Shown: piece by piece, positions 8,558 to 16,372 of the stretch
How the letters are laid out: every line of letters begins with the position of its first letter
How positions within the stretch are numbered: position 1 is the first letter of the stretch
Source of the DNA: a virus
Taxonomy: Duplodnaviria; Caudoviricetes
DNA: 37,004 nt
Strand: one strand, 5' to 3'
Virus record (IMG/VR): IMGVR_UViG_3300044878_000210
Coordinates: 1 to 37,004 of that record
Position numbers and translations under genes: made by a program
Notes under the pieces: generated by a model
Told to the model about the DNA's origin: nothing
Seen by the model: only the letters and a program-made list of their open reading frames with translations
The model's database searches: none

Positions 8558-8962
8558 TCAGCGCTCGATTGCAGAAAAAGCGAGCGCGTTGTTGCTGGCG
8601 TTCGGGTATGTCCCATTGGGCCGGCGCTGGCCGTGGCGTGGAATTTCAATGCGGCGCAGCACGATCGTTCCGGATTTCTTGTGTTGCTCAATGGCCCAAA
8701 AGCTCGTAGCGCCCGCGTATGAAAGGAAAATTGCGGCGTGCTGGCCGGTGTCTTTTCTAGGGAACTTTCCGTCGAAGAAGGTAGCGATGGCCGTACCGCG
8801 CTTTATGTTTCGGGTCGCCATGACATTGGCGCCCTCGCGCCATTGCGTCGTGCTGATGCCGATAAGTCCGGGGACGTATGCCTTGATTAACTCGACGCAC
8901 TCGCCCTCGCCTATCAGCGGCGTACCGGCAAGCTTTGCTGCGAGTGGATAAAGAAACGGCAT
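8558..8962 (-). CDS. BPSL0067-family / Tae2-like NlpC/P60 peptidoglycan amidase effector
   Basis: True start is ATG 8962 (GAGGAA RBS), 134 aa. GECVELIK (catalytic Cys), W.EG..V, GTAIATFFDGKF, GQHAAIF (catalytic His), SNNA.AF..IE. No signal peptide. Confidence 0.8.
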   Translation of the reverse strand: MPFLYPLAAKLAGTPLIGEGECVELIKAYVPGLIGISTTQWREGANVMATRNIKRGTAIATFFDGKFPRKDTGQHAAIFLSYAGATSFWAIEQHKKSGTIVLRRIEIPRHGQRRPNGTYPNASNNALAFSAIER

Positions 8963-9101
8963 GGTTCCTCCCGCGCCGCTTGATTGCAGCGTAGGACGAT
9001 GTTGCCGTATTGGTGAGGGGAAATATTGCGGTGCGCCAAGTTTGCAGCCTGGCGCCGGCGGCCCCGCGATGGTCAGCCCATCCGGCCCGCCTGGTGATTT
9101 T

Positions 9102-9386
9102 TTACCTGTTCGCTTCGCGGTCTTCGTTGGCGATGAAACGGGAAACCGCCAGGGCGAAAGCGGCCGCCCGACTGAGGCCCAGCTTGCCGGCCTTGCGATC
9201 GAGTTCGGCCAATATCGCGGGATCAATCGTGAGGCTGATCGCCTTTTTACGCCCCCCGCCGCGCGGATCGCGATCCATTTCTTGCCTGGCACCGCCTGGA
9301 ACTGGCGCCACCGAGCCGCCACCATCGGGCGCGCCCTGGATAAATTCATCGGCGCTTTTCCTGCCTGGCCGTGCTGTGATTCCCAT
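9102..9386 (-). CDS. ParG/CopG-like ribbon-helix-helix centromere-binding protein
   Basis: Flexible N-tail (ADEFIQGAPD) followed by RHH KKAISLTIDPAILAELDRKAGKLGLSRAA. Directly downstream of parA. Confidence 0.85.
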   Translation of the reverse strand: MGITARPGRKSADEFIQGAPDGGGSVAPVPGGARQEMDRDPRGGGRKKAISLTIDPAILAELDRKAGKLGLSRAAAFALAVSRFIANEDREANR

Positions 9387-9426
9387 GATTGCCCCTATTG
9401 AATGTTGAAATGATTGTATGTTGATA

Positions 9427-10116
9427 TCAGACTGATGGAATGGCGATATCGAGCAAATAGCGCTGCAGCTGCTCGACTTCCTCACATGCCAGCGGATCGC
9501 GCGGCCGGTATTCGTTGATGTGCAAGCCGCTCCCGCTGGCGTGCGCGATCGCCTTGCGGCGGTTCATGCGGAACGGCGCCAACTCGAATTGCGGATACCC
9601 GGCCACCGCCTCGGCGGCCTCGTCGTTATCTGATCCTTGCGGATCGGCCAGGTTGAGGAACGCCAGGGCGCGAATGTCATGCACCGCGCGTGTCTCGTCC
9701 AGCAGGGCGGCGATATCCTCGAACGCCCACACATCGAAGGAGCGGGGAAGAAAAGGAATCAAGGCGACGTCGGCCACCGTCAGCGCCGCCCGTAGCGCGC
9801 TGTTGTCGCGGCCGCCGCAGTCAATGACGATGTGGTCATAGGCGCCGCGCTGCTGCTGCACCTGGGCGCGCAACGTGGCGCCCTGATCGTAGGCCGAGGC
9901 CGCAATCATCGAGCGGCCGCTTTCGGCGCGCGCCGTGATTGCGCTGATGCTGGTCTTTTGCCGGTCCCCATCGACCAGCCACACCCGGTTCTTGTCTTCG
10001 GGCGCGTCGCCAGTCGCGCCGGCGCGGTTCTGTTGCGCCAGCCCGAGGGCCAGCTGGACAGCCGTGGTGGACTTCCCTACCCCGCCCTTCGTGTGAACTA
10101 CTGCGAAAATTGCCAT
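9427..10116 (-). CDS. parA: Type Ib ParA partition ATPase
   Basis: Deviant Walker A KGGVGKST at the N-terminus with no HTH, LVDGDRQ, YDHIVIDCGG, ADVALIP..P..FD.W. Confidence 0.95.
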   Translation of the reverse strand: MAIFAVVHTKGGVGKSTTAVQLALGLAQQNRAGATGDAPEDKNRVWLVDGDRQKTSISAITARAESGRSMIAASAYDQGATLRAQVQQQRGAYDHIVIDCGGRDNSALRAALTVADVALIPFLPRSFDVWAFEDIAALLDETRAVHDIRALAFLNLADPQGSDNDEAAEAVAGYPQFELAPFRMNRRKAIAHASGSGLHINEYRPRDPLACEEVEQLQRYLLDIAIPSV

Positions 10117-10148
10117 GCTTCCCCCTGGGTTAAATTAATACCGCGCTG

Positions 10149-10177
10149 ATTGTAGTTCGATACCGGGTTGATATCAA
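10149..10177 (-). promoter_or_regulatory. sigma70 promoter of parA
   Basis: TTGATA-N17-TACAAT on the minus strand. The -35 lies within the palindrome TTGATATCAA. Confidence 0.75.
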
Positions 10178-10178
10178 T

Positions 10179-10544
10179 TTACTGCTGATTCGATGTTGTA
10201 TTGCTGTGATCTTCGAGAAGGGCCAGCAGCTCCCGCTGTTCCACCAGGGCGTCGGCGATCGCATCCCGTACATGCACGGCCTCGCCGGCGATCCCGTTCC
10301 CGTTCTTCACCTCGTCCGCAACCCGGACCGCATCATCCTTGCTGAACCGTGTAGCCATCTGCGGCTGTGAAAACTGAGGATTGAGAACGACGCCGGCGTC
10401 GATGTCGAACGCCAGGCACAGCCCTTGGCAGCGCACCACGAAGCCTTGCCCCAGGAGGACACCCTGCAGTGATTTGGCGGCCAGCTCGTAGCTGGTAATG
10501 GCGTTCCTGGTACTGGTGAGCATATCTTTCCAATCTTGATTCAT
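10179..10544 (-). CDS. Hypothetical protein (121 aa)
   Basis: ATG 10544 with GGGGA RBS. Plausible protein composition (MNQDWKDML...ATRFSKDDA..VA..VKNGNG). Confidence 0.7.
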   Translation of the reverse strand: MNQDWKDMLTSTRNAITSYELAAKSLQGVLLGQGFVVRCQGLCLAFDIDAGVVLNPQFSQPQMATRFSKDDAVRVADEVKNGNGIAGEAVHVRDAIADALVEQRELLALLEDHSNTTSNQQ

Positions 10545-10584
10545 GTGGTCCCCTGGTGATGCCCGCCGCCGGCGGGCTGTTGGC

Positions 10585-10806
10585 TTAGAAAAAACGGTAG
10601 TAGGCGATGTTGCCGATTTCTTCGTTCCGGACTTCGCTATCGAACCGGACGTTTCCGACCTGGGCAAACAGCGCCTTTGCTTTCACGAACTGGGCCGAGT
10701 CTTCCACCAGGATCGAGAACATATCGTCCCGGCAAAAAGTCACCTCAGCGCTGATGCCATCCTTGCGCAGCTTTGCGACCATGATGTCTTGCAAGTTCTC
10801 GATCAT
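10585..10806 (-). CDS. Small hypothetical protein (73 aa)
   Basis: ATG 10806 with AGGA RBS, directly downstream of a consensus promoter. Confidence 0.7.
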   Translation of the reverse strand: MIENLQDIMVAKLRKDGISAEVTFCRDDMFSILVEDSAQFVKAKALFAQVGNVRFDSEVRNEEIGNIAYYRFF

Positions 10807-10839
10807 TGTTTTTCCTGTGGTTATCAACTCGACCGAATG

Positions 10840-10868
10840 ATTGTATCTCTATCTCATGTTGATATCAA
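10840..10868 (-). promoter_or_regulatory. sigma70 promoter with the same -35/-10 as the parA promoter
   Basis: TTGATA-N17-TACAAT. The -35 lies inside the perfect 20-bp palindrome TCATGTTGATATCAACATGA (10854-10873). Confidence 0.75.
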
Positions 10869-10928
10869 CATGATGTATGAACAGTGTTGTTTTAATGTCG
10901 TCTTGATGTTAATACCATGATGATATCA
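10854..10928. repeat. Putative parS centromere (palindrome plus degenerate 11-bp tandem repeats)
   Basis: 20-bp palindrome, then AGTGTTGTTTT / AATGTCGTCTT / GATGTTAATAC / CATGATGATAT at exact 11-bp phasing (10883-10926). Related copies at 9401-9429. Confidence 0.55.
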
Positions 10929-11179
10929 AAGAACTGCAGGCGCCGGTGGCCGCGGCGATCGCCAGGCGTGGTCGACCTGGTGGCCGATCGGCGGCCGGCG
11001 ACCTGGCGCCGCTCGATCGCGGCCGCCGTCGACCTGGTGCTGCAGCTGCTCGAGCGGACACTGGCCACCCTCGATCCGAGGCCGGCGCCGGCCGATCGGA
11101 CCACCAGGAACGAGGCCGAGGGGAAGATCCCGGCGGCCGGAATCTATCGCCGCGAACATGGCACAGGCAGCGCACAAAA

Positions 11180-11543
11180 CATGGGGATTTCGGCCACTTT
11201 TGCGGCTAAGTCATTGATTTTTGAGAAAACACCATCCCCGAACTACTCCGAAATTTCCCCGTAAACTGTTCCGATTTCCCCATCGCCGTATTTCCAACCC
11301 CCGCGCCGCCCCTTTGTTCTCTCTCTCTAAATCAATCAAGAAAAGAAGAAGAAAGGCAGGGAAGAAAAAAGCAAGCGCATCCCCGTACCCGCTCCGGTTT
11401 TCCCCGATTTTTTTTAAAAGCATTTCAACCATCCCCGAAATCCCCAACTGTTCCCCCTCGTTTTTGGGGATTGTGGGGATTCACTTTCTGCAACGAAATC
11501 AAACACTTGCGAACGATCCCGACCGCATCCCCCCATCCCCATG
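11180..11543. other. Putative origin for the primase-helicase (WTCCCC repeats, AT/AG-rich core, two IHF sites)
   Basis: 13 copies of WTCCCC/GGGGAW, central CTCTCTCTCTAAATCAATCAAGAAAAGAAGAAG, IHF consensus matches at 11207-11219 (-) and 11497-11509 (+), bounded by inverted CATGGGGAT/ATCCCCATG. Confidence 0.6.
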
Positions 11544-11720
11544 CTGCGCTGCCTGTGGTCCTGTCCAGCGGGAAAGATTCGGCCCTTTCTCGGCCTGGTC
11601 TTTCTGGATCGCCAGAAACACACCAAAACAGCCCCCAGGGCGCGTCAATCCGCATCAAGTACCGCAGCGGCCAAAATCGCCGTAGCCCTTGCCAGCGCCG
11701 CCTTGGGCCTTTGGCGGGCT

Positions 11721-11774
11721 ATGCACTAGAAGCAATGCCACAAGCGAGGATCGGAGGCGGGGAGGGGCCTCCGC
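11721..11774 (+). other. P2-like cos region (predicted 19-nt cohesive end near 11751-11769)
   Basis: ATGCACTAGA...AAGCG...GAGGCGGGGA...CT aligns without gaps to the P2 cos as I recall it (ATGCATTAAA...AAGCG.GGCGAGGCGGGGAAAGCACT). It lies on the downstream side of the portal gene, as in P2. Confidence 0.6.
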
Positions 11775-12553
11775 AGCGGCGGGACAGACCCCGGTGCAAA
11801 ATCGCTTTAGAGGCCCTGTGAGGCGTTTTTTCCTCCCCGGACGCGGAAAGGCGCACGCATGCGCGGAAATCGCCGCCTGACGCGGTCCTGTGGCCTGTGT
11901 GTGGCATGCGGACGCTACATTCACCGGACGATTGCGGCCGAATGGGCAAGGGAATGGCGCAGCTGGCGGAACAGCTAACCGGATGCCTTGGCGCGCGGGC
12001 GCCCCCGCTTGCTTGCGCCCCGATTTCGTGCCGAAATCGTCACGCCTGGTTAATCTTGAACCCGAGGAAATCGAAACCGGAAGACCAACCCCAACCCCTG
12101 AGCCGCCGCCGGCGTCAAATGGGACAGTGCTGTGTCGGCGGGGTTGATCGGCGCCCGGTCTTAGGTGGCGAGCTGGCGCCGCGCGGTGAGCGCGGGGTTT
12201 CGTCCAGCGGACAGGAGGGCAGGGCCCAAAGCCCCGAAGGGGTGAGCCGGTAGCCCCCCGCCGTGGTAGCGGGGCGCGAAGCGCAGGGGCGTATCCCGGC
12301 GAAGGTCTGTCCGACTCCTGGGGCCGTTGCGTTACGGGCTGTTCAGTCGTCCTTTGCCCTTGTGCGCCCTTGGGCGCAGTCTTGCTTTGCTCTCCTAGCC
12401 TGGGGTATGCCGAGGGCGCGGCCTGAAGTGGCGCGCTGCGCGCACGGAAAAACAACAAGACCTTACGAGACAGGAGGGCAAGCCCTCCCTGTACCCACCC
12501 AAACTCCAGAACTAGAAGGAAAGCCGCTGAAACCCGCATGGATACGTGATGTC

Positions 12554-12720
12554 ACCGAAAATAAAAGGGGATTGACCGAAAAAACCAGACGTGATTACGC
12601 AAGGCTAAGGCGCTATTCTTTCGTTCATTGTGTAGGGGTTTGAGTCATTGACCGAAAGAATAAGGCCTTACATTTACGGTGATTGCGTGCTACGATCTGC
12701 TCACTACCGAAAAAATAAGG
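12554..12720. repeat. Iteron/operator-like repeats upstream of rep
   Basis: ACCGAAA(A/G)AATAAGG-like copies start at 12554, 12575, 12651 and 12706. An inverted copy TATTCTTTCGTTCA lies at 12614-12627. Confidence 0.6.
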
Positions 12721-12728
12721 GTTCAAAG

Positions 12729-13352
12729 ATGGCACAGAAGAGAGAAAATAACGTATCCGGCGCACGCACTGGCCCGAGCCTCAAGAGCTTGACATACTCG
12801 GCTGATCGTAACCCACTGCTCAAACCGAACAGCATCGAAATCAAAAAGCGGCGCGTGCAAACCGGCGTGCGTGAGGACTTGACCAGCGGGGCAAATGGTG
12901 AGGTTCGCGTGTCGGCCATTCACGAAATTATTGAGAAGGACGACGCGGAATTCGTCAAGGTTTTTGCCGATGGGGTCAAGGCCGCGTTCGGCCTAAGCCG
13001 CACGGCCGCGCGCGTGTTTCAGCTGGTCCTCGTGAAGTACCAGGATGAGCCGATGGTAGGCGGCTATGTGGATTCGGTGTACCTCGCCTGGTTCGATGGC
13101 GGGCTGTCCGGTGAGGATGTGGGAATGTCAGACCGGACGTTTCAAACCGGGCTGCGCGAACTGTTGAGCAAGAATTTTCTTGCTCCACGGCTGCCGAACG
13201 TCTTTTGGGTGAACCCTAGTCTTTTCTTCAAGGGCAACCGCGTGCTGTTCGTGAAGGAATATGTGAGGAAAGCCGCCAGCGCCGACCAGAAGAAGCGGGA
13301 GGCGCTGGAAAGCACCGGCCAGCAGCGCCTCGGTATAGCCGCTGAGGAATAA
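12729..13352 (+). CDS. Plasmid replication initiator, RepL-like winged-HTH
   Basis: EFVKVF..G....FGLS..A.RVF...MSDRTFQTGLRELL.KNFLA......FWVNPSLFFKGNR is typical of RepL/RepA-type plasmid proteins. Likely ATG 12729, 207 aa. Confidence 0.78.
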   Translation: MAQKRENNVSGARTGPSLKSLTYSADRNPLLKPNSIEIKKRRVQTGVREDLTSGANGEVRVSAIHEIIEKDDAEFVKVFADGVKAAFGLSRTAARVFQLVLVKYQDEPMVGGYVDSVYLAWFDGGLSGEDVGMSDRTFQTGLRELLSKNFLAPRLPNVFWVNPSLFFKGNRVLFVKEYVRKAASADQKKREALESTGQQRLGIAAEE

Positions 13353-13356
13353 GGAA

Positions 13357-13420
13357 GGGCGGCAATACCGCCCCAGGGCGATAAGAAGGGTCGAGCCGCA
13401 GCGATGCGCCTCGGCCCTTG
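13357..13420. terminator. Hairpins between the convergent rep and portal genes
   Basis: GGGCGG-caata-CCGCCC and AAGGGTCGAG...CTCGGCCCTT stems. Confidence 0.45.
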
Positions 13421-13422
13421 CT

Positions 13423-14463
13423 TTATGCGGCCTCGGGCAAGATGGCCGTGTCGATCGTGTAGGGCTTGAACCGTATTACTTCCTCGCCTATCCAGTCGTT
13501 CAACTCAAGAAAGCGCGCCTGCAGCGGCTCGACCTCGTTGCGGCCAAAGACTTTGGCGGCCGTGTCGGCCGCGCCGAAGCCGCCCGTATTGCTCGGCACC
13601 ACGCCCAGGAGTTGCGGCGGTACGCGGTGCGCCGCCAGCATGTCGTCCCTGGTCACATTCTTGATGCTGAAAAACTCGTCTTTGGCGGCGACCTCCGACA
13701 CCGGGATCAACTGGATTCCGTCTTTCTTGCCGTTCGGCGCGTACATGAACAGGTTGCGGAAATTGCCCGGTCCCTTGCTGTCTTTCAAAGCCTGGCGCAT
13801 GGCGGTGACGTCGGCCTCGTTCTGCGCGGCGTCGGTCATGTAAAGGATGAAGCCGGCGTGCGATCCGTTCTCGTAGTACTTGCGCCGGAACAGCGTTGCC
13901 GATTCATTGAGCCAGGCCGAGTGCAGCGCGCCCAGGTACTCGGGCAGGCCGTACACCTCCTGGTTGATGTCCGGTTCCATCAAATGGAAAATGCTGCCTG
14001 GTGCGAATTCGTGCGCAACCTGCCATCCGTGAATCTGCACATATCGGGATAAATCGCGCTTCCGGCGCGTGTATTTCGCCATTGTCGGGGCCAGCTTTAA
14101 CGGCCCGCCCAGGCGGCTATTTTGGCGTTCGAGGTATCCGTTGCCGAACGTCAGGAAGTCGAGCGCCCAGGCGCTAAAAGCCTGGCGCGACAGCAGCTTG
14201 TGCGGAATGAAGGTCGACGCCAGAATGTTGCGCTTGAAGTACAGCGCCGAGCTGTGGTGTGTGCCGGCGCGGAAAGTCTTTGCCAGGCCTGCCCAGCTGA
14301 CCGGCGGCTCGTACCAGTCGCCATTCGACCAGCACTCGACATAATCGAGAATTTCGGCCCGGTCCATAACTGGCGTCGGATCGCCGAACGTGAAGGCCTC
14401 GGCCCGACTTTGTGCAGCTGGCGCCGGCGCCGCGGGCGCCGCTTGGAAGTGCTTTTTCTTCAT
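13423..14463 (-). CDS. gpQ: Portal protein
   Basis: AEAFTFGDP.PV.DR.EILDY.ECW..G.WYEPPVS..GLAK...HHSS...FKRNIL and RKYYENGSHAGFILY. Start at ATG 14463, overlapping the gpP stop. Confidence 0.96.
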   Translation of the reverse strand: MKKKHFQAAPAAPAPAAQSRAEAFTFGDPTPVMDRAEILDYVECWSNGDWYEPPVSWAGLAKTFRAGTHHSSALYFKRNILASTFIPHKLLSRQAFSAWALDFLTFGNGYLERQNSRLGGPLKLAPTMAKYTRRKRDLSRYVQIHGWQVAHEFAPGSIFHLMEPDINQEVYGLPEYLGALHSAWLNESATLFRRKYYENGSHAGFILYMTDAAQNEADVTAMRQALKDSKGPGNFRNLFMYAPNGKKDGIQLIPVSEVAAKDEFFSIKNVTRDDMLAAHRVPPQLLGVVPSNTGGFGAADTAAKVFGRNEVEPLQARFLELNDWIGEEVIRFKPYTIDTAILPEAA

Positions 14464-16226
14464 TGGTAAATCTCCATAAATCCGGTATTGCTCGAAGTTG
14501 CGCCTTCGAGCGGTTCGTTGCCGAGCGCATGCAAGCACGCCCAGGCCAAGTCGGCATGCCCTGTTTCCTGGCTGTAGCCGGCGGCATAGGTCACCTGCCG
14601 GCCGCTGGCCGTCATCGTCTTGCGGATCGCCATAAAGGACTGCGCTAGGTCAGTCCAGCCGGCGTCGAACTGCAGGCGCGCTTTGCCGACAACGGACAGC
14701 CCTTTGAGAACAAGGCGGCCTTTGACCTCGGGCGAGTAGTGCAGCGCGACCACGGCCGGATAGAACTGTTTCACCAGCTGGTGAACGCCATGACCTATGC
14801 CGGTGACATCGAGCGCCATGTAGGTGACGTTGTAGCGCTCCGTGATGCCTTTGATGCTGGCCGCCTGGGCCTCGAAGTCCATGCCCCGCCATTGGTGCTT
14901 TTCCAGCACGCGGAACTGGCCGCCTGGCACGGCTGGCGGCGCCAGGACGATACAGCCGGCCGAATCGCCCGAAAGGGCCGGATCGTAGCCGACCCACACT
15001 TGGCGATAGCCGAACGGCCGCATAGCAAACGGTTTGAAGTCGTCCCAGTCTGCCCAGGAGTCGCACATGCAGCGCTGCAGGTCGGCCAGGGGGAAAATTG
15101 ACGCGGTGTCGTCAATGAACTGGCACATCAACAAATTGGCGTATTCGTCCGGGCTGTACTCGCGCCGCAGCTCGTCAAGGTCGAACAGGTTGCAGCCGCC
15201 GGCGGCCGCGTCTTCGACCGTCACCAGCTGGCGCCACTGGCCGTCTTCGCCCAGGCGGCCGCCGGCCAGCGCCGAGTGCGTGACGTCGAGGTGCAGGTGA
15301 TCCGCTTTCGCGCGCCCCCGGTTTGCATGCTCGCCTGTCCAGAAACTATAGGCCTCGTGGGTGATGCTTGAAGGCGTAGAAAAATACGTCTTGCGCCAGT
15401 TCTTGTGCATCGCCATGCCCGAGGCGACCTTGTTTAGTTTCTTGAAGCCGGCGACCCAAAAATATTCATCGAAATAGAAATTGCCGTGGTAGCTCTGCGC
15501 CGTGTTGGCGTTCGTACTCAAGAAAAACATCTCTGCACCGTTCGGCAACAGGATCGTGTCGCCGGTCAGCTCGACGCCGGCGACCTCGCGCGCGAACGCG
15601 CAAATGTAAGCCCGGAAGATATGCACCTGGGCCTTGCTGGCCGATAGGAAAATCTGGTTCCGGCCGGTTTCCAGCGCGTCGACCAGCGCTTCGCGGGCGA
15701 AGTACCAGGTGGCGCCGATCTGTCGGCTTTTCAGCACGTTGCGCGTGCGCTGGTGGCCGTTCCTGTACCAAACTTTTTGGTAGTCGAACAGCGAGTCGCG
15801 GAAGGCCTCGAGTATTTTCTCCTGTTGGTCTTCGCTGAACTCGTTGCGCGTCGGCTTTTTCTTCGGGGCGGCATTGCGCGCGGCGATGTTCGGGTTTAGA
15901 TCGCCCTCTTTCCCCGTTTCGCCGTACTTCACGACGCGCGCGCCGCGTTCGAGCTGACGCATCAACAGGTCAATTTCTTTGAAGTCCTGGCCGTCCTTCT
16001 TTTCCTTCGCAATCAGCGTGACCAGGCGCGCCTCGAGCGACAACTCGATCTTCTGCAGCGGCGTGAACTTGTCCCATCCGTCGCGCTGTTTCCATGCCTC
16101 GACGGTCGACCGCTTAATGCCCAGGTGGCGGGCAATAGACGACACGCGCCAGTCCTGCCAGTACAGGGTACGGGCGGCGCGGCGCGGGTCAATTTCGACA
16201 GGGGAATCGGTGGCAGTTTCGAGCAT
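14460..16226 (-). CDS. gpP: Terminase ATPase (large) subunit
   Basis: DPRRAARTLYWQ N-terminus, LKSRQIGATWYFAREAL, YFDEYFW, VGYDP and HADLAWA. Confidence 0.97.
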   Translation of the reverse strand: MLETATDSPVEIDPRRAARTLYWQDWRVSSIARHLGIKRSTVEAWKQRDGWDKFTPLQKIELSLEARLVTLIAKEKKDGQDFKEIDLLMRQLERGARVVKYGETGKEGDLNPNIAARNAAPKKKPTRNEFSEDQQEKILEAFRDSLFDYQKVWYRNGHQRTRNVLKSRQIGATWYFAREALVDALETGRNQIFLSASKAQVHIFRAYICAFAREVAGVELTGDTILLPNGAEMFFLSTNANTAQSYHGNFYFDEYFWVAGFKKLNKVASGMAMHKNWRKTYFSTPSSITHEAYSFWTGEHANRGRAKADHLHLDVTHSALAGGRLGEDGQWRQLVTVEDAAAGGCNLFDLDELRREYSPDEYANLLMCQFIDDTASIFPLADLQRCMCDSWADWDDFKPFAMRPFGYRQVWVGYDPALSGDSAGCIVLAPPAVPGGQFRVLEKHQWRGMDFEAQAASIKGITERYNVTYMALDVTGIGHGVHQLVKQFYPAVVALHYSPEVKGRLVLKGLSVVGKARLQFDAGWTDLAQSFMAIRKTMTASGRQVTYAAGYSQETGHADLAWACLHALGNEPLEGATSSNTGFMEIYQ

Positions 16227-16232
16227 GCGGCA

Positions 16233-16331
16233 AGGATGCCGTCACGCGCGCGCGATGGCACGCAGAGGCGTTTGTGCCTGCTGTCCGCACATCGCCCGAT
16301 TGTTGAGCGATCTCGCGCGAGGCGGCAACAT
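16233..16331. promoter_or_regulatory. Divergent Ogr-dependent late promoters PP/PO
   Basis: TGT-N13-ACA at 16273-16291 with a -10-like hexamer 34 bp away on each side: CAACAT (16326-16331, +) and CATCCT (16233-16238, -). Confidence 0.65.
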
Positions 16332-16372
16332 GAACCTCGTCATCACAACCCATCTCGTTGGAGAAAAAACCC

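Noticed and set aside
8963-9349. 129-aa N-terminal extension of the amidase in the ORF track
   Set aside because: It overlaps the parG-like gene in another frame. A strong RBS precedes ATG 8962, where family similarity begins.
8065-10560. CCTGGTGAT repeated at 8065, 9090 and 10552 as cassette recombination sites
   Set aside because: Only 9 bp long. Two copies coincide with minus-strand ribosome-binding sites and the flanks are unrelated, so the evidence is insufficient.
11180-11543. CRISPR array or coding ORFs in the repeat-rich region
   Set aside because: The repeats are 6-mers with irregular spacing and no repeat-spacer structure. The overlapping ORFs have low-complexity, non-protein-like sequence.
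11655-12643. ORFs 11655-12539 (-), 11890-12147, 11897-12253 and 12263-12643 as genes
   Set aside because: Arg/Pro/Gly-rich translations with no RBS or recognisable motif, overlapping the cos-like site and hairpins. Probably non-coding origin DNA, though a small real gene cannot be excluded.
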